Positions 53,511 to 63,655 of a stretch of 64,000 bases of DNA are shown in pieces. The stretch's first letter is position 1. Each line of letters starts with the position of its first letter. The DNA comes from Opitutia bacterium (GTDB lineage: Bacteria; Verrucomicrobiota; Verrucomicrobiia; Opitutales; T3Sed10-336), in contig JBJHCF010000006.1 in assembly GCA_050506795.1 (NCBI GenBank), positions 89,442 to 153,441 on the forward strand, written 5' to 3'. Position numbers and translations under genes: made by a program. Below the pieces are notes generated by a model, which saw nothing but the letters and a program-made list of their open reading frames with translations, was not told the DNA's origin and did not search any database.

Positions 53511-55006
53511 TGATGCGAGTACCAGGCTTCGGCGATTTGTCGCGCCATCTCCAGCGGGCTCCACTCGGTGGCCGCCAGGACTCCGGTGCCGATCGAGAGG
53601 ACGGCCGTGGTCACGGTCGGCAGGAGCAGGATCCAGGGCGTTTCCAGGCGGCGAGCCGCCCGTTTGGTCTCCCACTCGCCATCCGGTTCGCGGAACCAGG
53701 CCGCGTAAACGATGGGAAGAAAATAGGCCGCGTTCAGGGCGCTGCTGGCCAGCAACACCGGCACCACCCAGGTGTGGCCCGCCTCCAGGGCGCCGATGCC
53801 GAGATACCATTTGCTGACGAAACCGGCCAGCGGCGGCAGGCCGATCATCCCCATGGCCGCCAGGGTGAACGAGGCCATGGTCAGGGGCATGCGCCGTCCG
53901 ACGCCGTTGAGCTCGCTGACCTTGTGGATCCCGAGGGTTTCCGCCAGGTTGCCGGCGCAGAAAAACAGGGTGATCTTCATCAGTCCCTGGTGCACCAGAT
54001 GCACGAGGGCTCCGGTGGTGACGCCGATTCCGACCACGGCGGCGCCGAGGGTGATGTAGGACAGCTGGCTGACCGTCGAGTAGGCGAGACGTTTTTTCAG
54101 GTCGTCCTGACTCAGCGCGCGCATCGAACCGTAGAGGATGGTAAACGCCGCCAGCGCCGCCAGCGGGGTCAGAACTCCGAGCGAGACGGCCAAACCGATG
54201 CCGTAGATATCGTAAACCAGCCGTACGATGCCGAAGGCGCCCGCCTTGACCACCGCTACGGCATGGAGGAGCGCGCTGACCGGTGCCGGGGCCACCATGG
54301 CGACCGGGAGCCAGCCGTGAAGGGGAACAATCGCGGCTTTGACGCCGAGTCCGATGAGGAGGACCCAGAACAGGATGCGGAGTTGACCGTGATCGGCGGC
54401 CGCCACCGCCGACAGCGATTCGGGGTCCCCGAATTCCACCGAGCCCGCCAGCACGAAGAGCCAAACCACTCCCACGAACAGCACCGTGCCGCCGCCGATG
54501 GTGTACCAGAGGTAGGTGCGGCCGGCGCGCAGGGCGGCTTCCGTTCCCCGGTGCACCACCAGCGGGTAGGTGGCCAGGGTCAGGAACTCGTAGAAAATGA
54601 AAAAGGTCACCACGTTGCCCGCCAGGGCGATGCCGGTGCTGGCGGTGACGCAGATACTGAAAAACCCGAAAAAGCGCCGCCGGTAGGGAGATCCTTCCAG
54701 GTAGCCAATGGCGTAGAGGGTGGTCACGACCCAGAGCACGGCCGAAAGGGTGGCGAAGAGCAGGGAAAGGAGGTCGATGCGCAGCAGGAACTCCAGGTCG
54801 ACGCCGATTTCGTAGCGGAATTCGTAGGTTTCCCCCCGCTCGATGCCGAAATAAACCGCAAAAACCAGAAACACCTTGAGCAGGGCTCCTGAGAGGTTGA
54901 GCGCGGTGCGGGTGCGGACCTGGTTTTCGTTGAGAAAGAATATCAGAATGCCGGGCACCAGCGAAGTCGCGACGATGATCAGCGGAATCCAGGAATTGAA
55001 GCTCAT
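53507..55006 (-). CDS. mrpD: Na+/H+ antiporter subunit D family, second copy
   Basis: FYEFLT, KAAIVPLHGWLP..APAPVSALLHAVAVVKAG, LAYSTVSQ, HQGLMKITLF. Confidence 0.9.
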   Translation of the reverse strand: MSFNSWIPLIIVATSLVPGILIFFLNENQVRTRTALNLSGALLKVFLVFAVYFGIERGETYEFRYEIGVDLEFLLRIDLLSLLFATLSAVLWVVTTLYAIGYLEGSPYRRRFFGFFSICVTASTGIALAGNVVTFFIFYEFLTLATYPLVVHRGTEAALRAGRTYLWYTIGGGTVLFVGVVWLFVLAGSVEFGDPESLSAVAAADHGQLRILFWVLLIGLGVKAAIVPLHGWLPVAMVAPAPVSALLHAVAVVKAGAFGIVRLVYDIYGIGLAVSLGVLTPLAALAAFTILYGSMRALSQDDLKKRLAYSTVSQLSYITLGAAVVGIGVTTGALVHLVHQGLMKITLFFCAGNLAETLGIHKVSELNGVGRRMPLTMASFTLAAMGMIGLPPLAGFVSKWYLGIGALEAGHTWVVPVLLASSALNAAYFLPIVYAAWFREPDGEWETKRAARRLETPWILLLPTVTTAVLSIGTGVLAATEWSPLEMARQIAEAWYSHQ

Positions 55007-56520
55007 AATCCGCCTCCTTCCGCCGGTTCAACCGGTTCTTCGAAGGGGGCATCCACGTCGAGCAGGAAGAGCACCTCTTCCGCCCGGAAACCGATCAGGA
55101 TGGATCCGATGCCGAGCAGCAGCGCCGTGACTTCCATCAGACGGGGGACCGGACGGAGTTTTATTGATTCTTTGGCCGGCGCGAAGGCTTGTCTCAGAAT
55201 CATGAATACGTAACCCGCGGTCAGGAAGCTGCCCATAACCACCACCGGAGCCCACCACCACTGCCCGCTGGAAAAGGCGGCCTTGAGCAACATCCACTTG
55301 GCGACGAACCCCCCGCTGGGCGGCAGCCCGATCAGGCTGACACCGGCCAGGGCCAGGGCGAAAGTGGTCATGGGGAGTCGCGCCACCAGGTCCACCATGG
55401 AGTCCTTCTCATCGTTCCCCACCGCCACCACATACACGCCGACCGCGAGGAACATGGCCGCTTTGGCGAAACCGTGAGCCAGTGCCTGGTAGATGCCACC
55501 GGTCCAGGCATGCGCCAGCCAGGGGGCTTGTCCACCGTCGTAGGCGACCGTGATGAGCGGGAACAGGAGAAACATGAATCCGATCTGGCCCACGGTGGAG
55601 TGGGCGATGACCAATTTGAGACGCTTTTGCCGCAGGGCCTGGTAGGAGCCCCAGATTACCGCCATGGCTCCCAGGGCGCCCAGGGCCTGTCCGGCGGCGT
55701 AGGTGAGCGAGGCGTCGAATACGTCCACCCAGAGCCGGAGGATGAGGTAGAACGTGGCTTTTACCACCAGGGCCGAGAGAATGGCGCTGACCGGGGCCTG
55801 GGCGCTGGAATGAGCGCCCGGCAGCCAGAAATGCAAGGGAAACAGCGCGGTTTTCACCATCAACCCGGCCAGCATCAATCCCAGCGCCACCCGGGTTGTC
55901 GGGCCTCCGTCCAGGGCCTCGGCCACCAGACGAATATCGAGCACGCCGGTTTCCCCGTAAATCAGAGCCACTCCCATCAGGTAGGCCATGGAGCCGACAA
56001 TGGCCGCCAGCAGGTAACGGAGGCCGGCGATCAGGGCGGGAGGTTTTCCGGAAAGAATCGCCAGCGCCACGGCGGCGAGGCCGGCGACCTCGATCACCAC
56101 GTAAAGGTTGAAAAGGTCGGCGGAAAGGAAGATCCCGTTCATTCCCCCCCAAAGGAAAAGCCAGAGGGGCCAGAACAGACCGTTTCCGGGACTCTGTTCC
56201 GACGGTTGCGCGTAAAAGGCGCTGGCGTACAGCCCGATCAGCAAGCCGATAATCGCCACCATGAGCACAAAAACCGCTGAAAGCCCGTCGAGATAAAGTC
56301 CGATACCCAGCGGGGCCTCCCATCCGCCCAACGCGTGGCGCTGGCTGCCTTGAGTCGCGACTCCCCAGGCGGCAAGACACGCCGTGCTGAGAGTCAGGGC
56401 GGAGGCGACCATGCCCCAAACATGACGATGACGAACCGGCGTACAAAAAACGAGCAATGCTCCAAGGATCGGGATCGCGATCAGGGCCGGCAGCAGTTTA
56501 TCGGCAATCTCGGGGTTCAT
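55003..56520 (-). CDS. mrpD: Na+/H+ antiporter subunit D
   Basis: GGWEAPLGI, DLFNLYVVIE, KTALFPLHFWLP, HGFAKAAMF, GLPPSGGFVAKW. Confidence 0.9.
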   Translation of the reverse strand: MNPEIADKLLPALIAIPILGALLVFCTPVRHRHVWGMVASALTLSTACLAAWGVATQGSQRHALGGWEAPLGIGLYLDGLSAVFVLMVAIIGLLIGLYASAFYAQPSEQSPGNGLFWPLWLFLWGGMNGIFLSADLFNLYVVIEVAGLAAVALAILSGKPPALIAGLRYLLAAIVGSMAYLMGVALIYGETGVLDIRLVAEALDGGPTTRVALGLMLAGLMVKTALFPLHFWLPGAHSSAQAPVSAILSALVVKATFYLILRLWVDVFDASLTYAAGQALGALGAMAVIWGSYQALRQKRLKLVIAHSTVGQIGFMFLLFPLITVAYDGGQAPWLAHAWTGGIYQALAHGFAKAAMFLAVGVYVVAVGNDEKDSMVDLVARLPMTTFALALAGVSLIGLPPSGGFVAKWMLLKAAFSSGQWWWAPVVVMGSFLTAGYVFMILRQAFAPAKESIKLRPVPRLMEVTALLLGIGSILIGFRAEEVLFLLDVDAPFEEPVEPAEGGGL

Positions 56521-56822
56521 GACTCGATGTCGAAGGTCGACTTTCCGGTTTCCCGCTGAATACGGCGGGCCAGAGCCAGGGCGAAGGAGGCCGCGCTAAC
56601 CGCTACCACGATGCCGGTGATCACCATGGCGTGCGGGACCGGGTCGGCAAAGGTTTCCGCGTCGCGCTTGGCGACGCTGACCAGCAGAAGAAACACCGAG
56701 GCTCCGAGGATTTTGGTGGCAATGATTTTTTTGAAGAAATGGCGACAGAGAAACACGCCTCCCAGTGCCATACAGAAGAGCAGACCCGCGGTGAAAAGGT
56801 AGATCTGATAGGACTCCATCAT
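56517..56822 (-). CDS. mrpC: Na+/H+ antiporter subunit C
   Basis: ADPVPHAMVITGIVVAVS; three TM helices. Confidence 0.9.
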   Translation of the reverse strand: MMESYQIYLFTAGLLFCMALGGVFLCRHFFKKIIATKILGASVFLLLVSVAKRDAETFADPVPHAMVITGIVVAVSAASFALALARRIQRETGKSTFDIES

Positions 56823-57775
56823 GATTCGACCTCCCGGTCGGCGTCGGTGAGATAGATAAAAAAGGCCGCCAGGGTAAAACCGATCGAAACCGCGGCCGTC
56901 GCTTCGATCAACAGGATCAGCGACCCGGCGTGAGACGGTGGGTAGGCGAGGAAGGCGTTGCCGCCCAGCCAGGTGAGGAGGCCGAAAACCAGGAACACAC
57001 TGAACCCGAGCAATAGACCGGTTTTCCAGGCGTACTCCGGCAGGCGCGCCGGGATTGACACCCCGGCGAGCTTCAGGAAGATCCCGGCGGCGCCCAGGAG
57101 CACCCCTGCCTGGAAGGCGCCTCCGGGAGCGAATTTCCCCAGCCACAAGAGGTAACCGCCGGCCAGGATCATCAGAGGAATCAGCAGGTGTAAAAGGCGA
57201 TCGATAACCGCGTCGGTCCGGCGTCCGGACTCCGCCGCGAAACCGATGCGTCCTCCGGCGCAAAAAATGCCGAACATGGCCAACAACAGGACGCCGACTT
57301 CGAGCCAGGTGTCGTAACCGCGGTAATTCAGCAGAACCGCCGTGACCGGATGCTCCACCCCTGAGGCTTCCAGCGCTTCCGCGGCTTCCGCCGTCAGGCC
57401 CCCTTTGTCCGGGAGGTTTATCAGCGCGGCGCCAACCGCGATGGCGAGCAGGGTGGAGGTGATGACAATTCCGGTGCGGACGAGGATATCGGGATTCTCG
57501 CCGGACGAACGGGTGTCTTCGCTTTTTCCCGGTCCACGGGTAAACACCCGCAGCGAGTCGATCAACAGGACCCCGAGCAGTCCCGTTCCGATGGCGGCTT
57601 CGGCCAGGGCGACATCCGGCGCGGCTAGACGGGTCCAGGCCAGGGCCATGCTCAGACCGAAGGCGATGAAGAGAATGGCCGAGGCGTATAATTGCTCGGA
57701 ACGGAGCGATCGCCAGGCGAGAACCAAAATCAGGCCGGCGAGCAGGCCGTCGAACCCTAACTCAAGCGCGCTCAT
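56819..57775 (-). CDS. mrpB: DUF4040-MnhB fusion (Na+/H+ antiporter subunit B)
   Basis: APDVALAEAAIG, VTAVLLNYRGYDTWLE, PGGAFQAG. Confidence 0.9.
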   Translation of the reverse strand: MSALELGFDGLLAGLILVLAWRSLRSEQLYASAILFIAFGLSMALAWTRLAAPDVALAEAAIGTGLLGVLLIDSLRVFTRGPGKSEDTRSSGENPDILVRTGIVITSTLLAIAVGAALINLPDKGGLTAEAAEALEASGVEHPVTAVLLNYRGYDTWLEVGVLLLAMFGIFCAGGRIGFAAESGRRTDAVIDRLLHLLIPLMILAGGYLLWLGKFAPGGAFQAGVLLGAAGIFLKLAGVSIPARLPEYAWKTGLLLGFSVFLVFGLLTWLGGNAFLAYPPSHAGSLILLIEATAAVSIGFTLAAFFIYLTDADREVES

Positions 57776-58085
57776 CGTCCTCCTCCTTTTCTTCGGTTTG
57801 GTTGGCGGATTGACGGAGGGTGTAGCGGCCGATGGCGTAACAGGCATTGGTGCCGGCCAGCAGCGCGAGCAGCCAGATCAGGATCAACTTTAGCGCGATC
57901 GCCGGGGACGGAGCCTGCAGCAGAAGGCCCAGCGTGAAAAACCCCAGACCCAGATTGTCGGCCTTGGTCAGGGCATGCAGGCGGCAGAAGGTGTCGGGAA
58001 ACCGGAGAATCCCCACCGTTCCCGCCAGAAAAAATACCGCACCGACCAGGCAGAGAAGTACGGTGGCCAGGTCGGCCAGGCTCAT
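57762..58085 (-). CDS. mrpG: Na+/H+ antiporter subunit G
   Basis: GILRFPDTFCRLHALTKADNLG. Confidence 0.92.
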   Translation of the reverse strand: MSLADLATVLLCLVGAVFFLAGTVGILRFPDTFCRLHALTKADNLGLGFFTLGLLLQAPSPAIALKLILIWLLALLAGTNACYAIGRYTLRQSANQTEEKEEDDERA

Positions 58086-58363
58086 TCAGTTCGGCTCCTT
58101 TCTTCGCCGGGGGCGGGACCCGCCGTGCGGACGAAGCAAATCACGATCAACACCGCCAGCAGGGCGAAAACCAGGGCGACGTCACGCAACTCCGGGGCTC
58201 CTATGGCTTCTGCCAGCAAGAGCAGGATGGCCACGCCGGTGCTGCCGAAAAGCTGGCCGGTCATCAGGCGATCCTCCGGTCGCGGCCCCCGAATGATCCG
58301 TGTCATGGCGGCCATCAGATTGAGAAGCAGGAACAAAGCGAGTATGAAATAGAAGGCGGTCAT
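58082..58363 (-). CDS. mrpF: Na+/H+ antiporter subunit F
   Basis: RIIRGPRPEDR..DVALVFALL. Confidence 0.9.
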   Translation of the reverse strand: MTAFYFILALFLLLNLMAAMTRIIRGPRPEDRLMTGQLFGSTGVAILLLLAEAIGAPELRDVALVFALLAVLIVICFVRTAGPAPGEERSRTE

Positions 58364-58518
58364 GGATCCGATTATTCCGGTGCTTTTCCGGCGGCGTTGA
58401 TTTTCCCGAAATTTGCGGCTCGCGTGCAAGGATATCCGGGTGATGCCGGAGGTCTAAAATAACATCGCCACCACCGTGCCGGACTACACGTCGATGAATT
58501 CGATGGTCCATTAGCAGG

Positions 58519-58727
58519 AATGGCATTCGGTTAGGGCGGTGGATCGAAGGAGCTTAGCTTAATCCCATCGGCCGTTCCCCTGGAGGGCCATGCTCCCGCA
58601 TGGCCGCCGGCTTGGGAGCGCGGGCATCCTGTCCGCACCGGCTGCGCGGGAGCGCCGCCATCCAGGAAGGAGAGGAGCGATTTCGATTCGGCTTCTCAAA
58701 CGATGAACCTGCCTAACCAGTGCCATT
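58519..58727. mobile_element. MITE-like element with an internal REP-like pair
   Basis: Imperfect terminal inverted repeats AATGGCATTCGGTTAGG / CCTAACCAGTGCCATT; internal ctggagggccatgctcccgcatggccg...gggagcgccgccatccagga; a homologous partial copy lies at 63387-63577. Confidence 0.6.
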
Positions 58728-58756
58728 TGGAATAGCAGCCTAAGTCCGACAGGCTG

Positions 58757-59356
58757 CTAGTACCAGAAATTGACGCCGAGCTCGAAGACGCTGACGTTGG
58801 CCGAGCGTATGCGGACATCCCCCGATTCGGCGGCGTCGAGCCATTGGTGACGGTAACCGCCGCGCAGCGAAACCCACTCCGCCAGGGCGCCTTCCATGCC
58901 GATGAAGGCCTGCCAGATGGTCGTCTGGTCCGTTCCCCCCGAACCGTCTCGGGGGTCGATGTCGACGAAGCCGAAGCCACCGCCGGCACCGCCGTACACC
59001 CAGATCAAATCAACCACCTCCGCGGCGACCAGGTAATTGGCCATCAGCGGAATCACCTCGAAATCGGCGCGGGCGCCCGGGCGGGTGCTCTTGAGGAAGT
59101 AGTAGCCCGTTTCGAGGCTCGGGCCGTGGCGCAATGTCGGGGCCAGCCCGGGCGAAAATCGGTAGCCGACCTCCAGGGCGCCCCCATAACCGTCATCCCA
59201 ATCGCTGCTGGTCAAGTACAGCGCCGAAGCACCGAGATAAAAGCCCTCAAGATCATAACTGCGGTGAACGCGATCGAATAAAGGGGATTCGGCGCGCAGG
59301 GTGGATAGCGTGGCCAGCAGCGTCGCTGTCCCGAGAAGTGCGGCCAAAAGTTTCAT
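58757..59356 (-). CDS. Outer-membrane beta-barrel protein (8-stranded OmpA/OmpW-like)
   Basis: Signal peptide, alternating beta strands (FYLGASA, VIPLMANY, YGGAGGG, LRGGYR) and C-terminal LGVNFWY. Confidence 0.85.
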   Translation of the reverse strand: MKLLAALLGTATLLATLSTLRAESPLFDRVHRSYDLEGFYLGASALYLTSSDWDDGYGGALEVGYRFSPGLAPTLRHGPSLETGYYFLKSTRPGARADFEVIPLMANYLVAAEVVDLIWVYGGAGGGFGFVDIDPRDGSGGTDQTTIWQAFIGMEGALAEWVSLRGGYRHQWLDAAESGDVRIRSANVSVFELGVNFWY

Positions 59357-59472
59357 GATAAAACGAGAGAACGGTGGTTTTGCCGGGCTGGCAATGAAAA
59401 AGCGGTCTGCCGATGCAGCGGGCGCCCGGAAAAAGATTGTTTAGTCCGCGGGTGGACGATACTTCCTTGGTG

Positions 59473-60402
59473 ATGGATTTGGGAGCGGCGAAAAAAAGGG
59501 ACGAAGCGTTGCTGCGACGGGCTATGAGCCTTTCCCTCGGCGTTGGCCTATTCCTTTTCCTGGTGAAGTTCGGCGCTTTTTGGATCACGGGCTCGGCCGC
59601 CATTTTCGCCGATGCCGCCGAATCGGCCATCCACATTGTGGCGGTGAGTTTTGCCTACTTCAGTTTGCGGCTGTCCCAGAAACCCGCCGACGAGGGACAC
59701 CCGTACGGGCACGCCAAAGTGAGCTTTTTTTCCGCCGGCTTTGAGGGGGCCATGATTGTTCTCGCCGCGTTGTTCATCATCTACGACGCCATCAACAAAT
59801 GGATCACGGGCCTGCACCTGGAAAACCTCGGGGTCGGGGTGCTGTTGATCGCGGGGTCGGTGATCGTCAATATCGCCCTTGGCTTGTACCTGGTTTGGAC
59901 CGGCAAACAGAAACATTCCCTGATCCTGGAAGCGAACGGCAAACACATCCTCACCGACGCCTGGACCAGTATCGGGGTCCTCGTGGGATTGGGCCTGACC
60001 CTGTTAACCGGCTGGCTGCCCTGGGATCCCATCTTCGCCATCGTGGTCGCCTTGAACATCCTTTACACCGGCTTCGGGTTGATCCGGAAAAGCGTGGGAG
60101 GGTTGATGGACGTGGCCGAGCCGGAAGTGCATCGTCAACTGGAGCATTTGTTGGACCGGGAAACTTCCGGTCTCGGCATCGACTACCACCAATTGCGCCA
60201 TCGCAACATGGGGGACGGTCACTGGGTCGACCTGCACCTGCTTTTCGACGACGAAACCTCGATTCGCGACGCCCACGCCAAAGCCACCTCGATCGAGAAT
60301 TTGATCAAGGAAACTTTGAAACCCAAGGCCATCGTCACCACCCACCTGGAACCGAAAAAGGATCACTTCCGCATTCATGGCGAACCGGGAAGCCGGCGGT
60401 AA
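59473..60402 (+). CDS. Cation diffusion facilitator (FieF/CDF) transporter
   Basis: SAAIFADAAES, KPADEGHPYGHAK, HILTDAWTS, TTHLEP. Confidence 0.93.
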   Translation: MDLGAAKKRDEALLRRAMSLSLGVGLFLFLVKFGAFWITGSAAIFADAAESAIHIVAVSFAYFSLRLSQKPADEGHPYGHAKVSFFSAGFEGAMIVLAALFIIYDAINKWITGLHLENLGVGVLLIAGSVIVNIALGLYLVWTGKQKHSLILEANGKHILTDAWTSIGVLVGLGLTLLTGWLPWDPIFAIVVALNILYTGFGLIRKSVGGLMDVAEPEVHRQLEHLLDRETSGLGIDYHQLRHRNMGDGHWVDLHLLFDDETSIRDAHAKATSIENLIKETLKPKAIVTTHLEPKKDHFRIHGEPGSRR

Positions 60403-60493
60403 GACCCTGCGCCTCGATCGGACCTCAGCGAACCCCGAGGCCCGATTTCGATTTTCAATCGCCTGATTTTTTTGGTTAAGGTTTTCCCCGACC

Positions 60494-63364
60494 ATGCCGG
60501 ATTCTTCGATGCACACTCCCGAGCGCGTTTTCCAAATCGATGCCTCCCGTCGTTCACCGGACCCCCGTTCCGCCGCGCAATGGCTGGGAAGCGCGACTTC
60601 GCCCGCGGGTGAAACCCTGGGCGCCAACGACCGGTTTTTCACCCGCGATGGGAAGCCCTGGCTTCCGTTGATGGGAGAAATCCATTACACGCGCGTGGGC
60701 CCCGGTCTCTGGGAGGACGCCTTGCTGAAGATGAAAGCGTGCGGCATTGAAATCGTGGCCAGTTACGTCATCTGGATTCATCACGAGGAAGAGGATGGAC
60801 GTATCCACTGGACCGGTTGTTACGATCTGCGACGCTTTGTCGAATTGTGCGCCCAACACGGGCTTCGATTCTGGGCGCGCATCGGCCCCTGGGCGCACGC
60901 GGAGGTGCGCAACGGCGGATTGCCGGACTGGCTCTTCGCCAAGGGGCGCGTGCGGAGCATGGACCCGGGCTTCCTGAGCGAAGTCGAGCGCTTGTATGGT
61001 GAAATTGGTGGGCAACTGCGCGGCCTGCTGCACAAGGATGGCGGGCCGGTGATCGGGGTGCAGTTGGAGAACGAGCTTTTCTTCGGCGACCGGGAAGCGG
61101 TTGATTACATGCGCGAACTCAAACGTCTGGCGTTGGAGGCCGGATTGGACGTTCCCTTCTACAGCGCCACCGCCTGGCATGGTTTTCACGATGACGTGGC
61201 CGATCTCATGCCCGTGATGGCCGCCTACCCGGACGCGCCCTGGGATGCCTCATTGGAGCGCGTCTACCAAAACTCCTTCGTGTTCTCCCACGACCTGGAG
61301 GATCCTTCGGTCGGCGCCGACCTCGTCCCAGCCGGAAGCAGCGAGACGGTTCCAAGAGCCCGCATCAAGCGTTTCCCATTTGCCTCCGCCGAGTTGGGAG
61401 GGGGCATGCAGGTCACCTGGCACCGGCGGGTGGCGGTGAGCGCGCGCGACTTGATCACGCCGGCCATCGCCTGCCTGGGTTCCGGAGCCAACCTGCTCGG
61501 ATACTACATGTTTCACGGCGGACTGAATCCGCACAGTCGATACGCGCCCTTGCAGGAATCCCGGGACACCTTTTATCCCAATGACCTGCCCCTCATGGAT
61601 TACGATTTCCAGGCTCCGATTGCGGCGGATGGAACGCTGCGCGAGAGCGCCTCGCGGTTCCGGCTGTTGCACGGATTTTTGAGTGATTTCGGGGAGACGC
61701 TGGCGCCGATGACGACGTATTTTCCCGAAATGCTGCCGGCGGGACCCGATGACCGCGACACCCTGCGTTGGGTGGTCCGGACCGATGGTAAAAGCGGGTT
61801 TCTTTTCCTGATCAATTATCAACGTTACCTGAACCTGGGGGAGAAGTCCGGCCTTCGCTTTCGGGTGGCGTTGTCTGAGGGCGTTGCCGCCTTTCCGGAT
61901 ACGCCCGTCGATTTACCGGACGGCGCGACCGTGATCTGGCCGTTTAACCTGAACCTGGAAGGCGCACGGCTTCGTTATGCGACCGTGCAACCCTTTGGGC
62001 GGTTGCGGGTCGCTGATGAGGAGGTGTTCCTGTTCGCGGCGACCGACGGAGTGCGCGCCGAGCTGGTTTTCGACCGTCCTACGGTTCGGAGCTTTGAGGC
62101 CGACGGGGCCGGGGCGGACCGTGACGAGGAAACACTGCGGTGGATTGTCGAATCGCCCGATTGGTCGGCGCGGATTACGCTGGAAACCGCATCGGGAATG
62201 CGGATACGAATAGTGGTCCTGAGTGAAACCGATGCACGGCTTTGCTGGCGGGTTTCTCATGACCGCGAGCGCTTGTTGGTGCAGTCGCCCGCCACGGTCC
62301 TGCCGGCCGAAGGCGGGTTCACTGTGGAAAGCATCGGTGAGCATTCGACGCGACTGACGATTTTTCCCCCGCGACAACTGCAAGCACGCGGGGCGCGGCT
62401 TGAAGCGGATAATGCGGACAGACGATACACCCTGTCCTGGCCGAAGCGCGAGGCGACTGTTTCGGCGACGGAGATTCCTTCCGGCGGAGAGGAGGAAGCG
62501 GCGTTGCAACAGGTCTTGCCACAACCGCTGAAAGGCCTGAAGGCCGTCCAGCCGCCCGCGGGACCGCCGGGAGAGCCGGGGCACCTGATCGCACGACTGC
62601 GGACCGTTGGGGCAACGGACCGAAACGCCGCCCGTTTTGTTTTCATCTCCGAGGATTCAGTCGACCTGTGGGTCAACGGGCGGTTCGCCGGACGAGGCGG
62701 GCACCCGGAACGCTTGACCGCGTTTTCCATTGGTCACTTGTTGCAGGGCGATGATAATGTCATCGACGTTCGGATACGGAGAAACCGAGGGTCGGCCGGG
62801 ATTTTGGCCGGGGTCCTTTCGATTGGCGAATCCGAACAAGCGCCTCGGGTGGAGGCATTGGAATGGTCGGCTGGGACGGACAAGGCGGCTGACGGGCACT
62901 CTGTGTCCCAGGAGCCGATCGGTCCGGTCACGGAATTTCCGGGATTGAGCGATGAAATCGGATGGCGTGACCGCCTTGAGCAGCCGGGGCCGCTTTACGG
63001 TCCGGTGTTGGAACCGGTCCCGGGAGCGCGGGCCTGGTGCCTGCACGGTCTGGCGGATACGTTGGAGGGAGTGGTCGATTGGATTCTCTCGATTCGCTAC
63101 TCCGGCGATACCGCCGCGCTTTACGCGGACCGGCATTTGGTGGCCGACGATTTTCAACGCGGCGCCCCAATGCGCGTTTCCCTGGTGCGGAATCACCTCA
63201 TCGGCTTCGAGGGCGAGGTGATCCTTCAAATCAAACCCCTCCGCGAACATCACCGCCTGTTTATGGAAAACGAAGCCCTCCGCCGTGCCGCCCAATCGGC
63301 AAACCTCGACTCAGTTGAATTGATCCCCGTCTACCGCGAAGAAATCTCCGTGCAAGACCGGTAA
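60494..63364 (+). CDS. Glycoside hydrolase family 35 (beta-galactosidase-like), no signal peptide
   Basis: GEIHYTR, YVIWIHHEE, RIGPWAHAE..GGLPDW, QLENE (acid/base), AELGGG (nucleophile), YYMFHGG, YDFQAP. Confidence 0.92.
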   Translation: MPDSSMHTPERVFQIDASRRSPDPRSAAQWLGSATSPAGETLGANDRFFTRDGKPWLPLMGEIHYTRVGPGLWEDALLKMKACGIEIVASYVIWIHHEEEDGRIHWTGCYDLRRFVELCAQHGLRFWARIGPWAHAEVRNGGLPDWLFAKGRVRSMDPGFLSEVERLYGEIGGQLRGLLHKDGGPVIGVQLENELFFGDREAVDYMRELKRLALEAGLDVPFYSATAWHGFHDDVADLMPVMAAYPDAPWDASLERVYQNSFVFSHDLEDPSVGADLVPAGSSETVPRARIKRFPFASAELGGGMQVTWHRRVAVSARDLITPAIACLGSGANLLGYYMFHGGLNPHSRYAPLQESRDTFYPNDLPLMDYDFQAPIAADGTLRESASRFRLLHGFLSDFGETLAPMTTYFPEMLPAGPDDRDTLRWVVRTDGKSGFLFLINYQRYLNLGEKSGLRFRVALSEGVAAFPDTPVDLPDGATVIWPFNLNLEGARLRYATVQPFGRLRVADEEVFLFAATDGVRAELVFDRPTVRSFEADGAGADRDEETLRWIVESPDWSARITLETASGMRIRIVVLSETDARLCWRVSHDRERLLVQSPATVLPAEGGFTVESIGEHSTRLTIFPPRQLQARGARLEADNADRRYTLSWPKREATVSATEIPSGGEEEAALQQVLPQPLKGLKAVQPPAGPPGEPGHLIARLRTVGATDRNAARFVFISEDSVDLWVNGRFAGRGGHPERLTAFSIGHLLQGDDNVIDVRIRRNRGSAGILAGVLSIGESEQAPRVEALEWSAGTDKAADGHSVSQEPIGPVTEFPGLSDEIGWRDRLEQPGPLYGPVLEPVPGARAWCLHGLADTLEGVVDWILSIRYSGDTAALYADRHLVADDFQRGAPMRVSLVRNHLIGFEGEVILQIKPLREHHRLFMENEALRRAAQSANLDSVELIPVYREEISVQDR

Positions 63365-63386
63365 TCCGTTCGTCCTCCTATTCTCT

Positions 63387-63577
63387 CTGGAGGGCTATGC
63401 TCCCGCATGGCCGGGGTCGTCCCGGACAGAAGTGGTGACCCGTTCCCTTCGCAAAGGCTGCCACCGGGGGCACACCTCACGGCGGCGGCACGGGAGCGCC
63501 GCCCTCCAGGAAGCCGAAGCGTGATCTTGATCTCGATTCGGATTCTCAGACAATCAACAGCTTAACTGAGTGCCATT
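63387..63577. repeat. Second, partial copy of the 58519-58727 element
   Basis: ctggagggctatgctcccgcatggccg...gggagcgccgccctccaggaag...tcgattcggattctca...taactgagtgccatt. Confidence 0.7.
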
Positions 63578-63655
63578 CGTTTTAAAGCATTGCTGAACGG
63601 TGAAGGTTCTCACACGGAGCCACGCCCTCGACGATCTCAGGCCGGAGAGAGCGAT

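Noticed and set aside
51786..55052. 1088-aa fused antiporter ORF
   Set aside because: The N-terminal half is an alternative frame over the mrpD gene at 53507-55006; the real start is 53510, overlapping the upstream stop.
51160..58363. Mrp operon as an island integrated at tRNA-Arg
   Set aside because: The operon lies on the 5' side of the tRNA, and there is no integrase or duplicated tRNA end.
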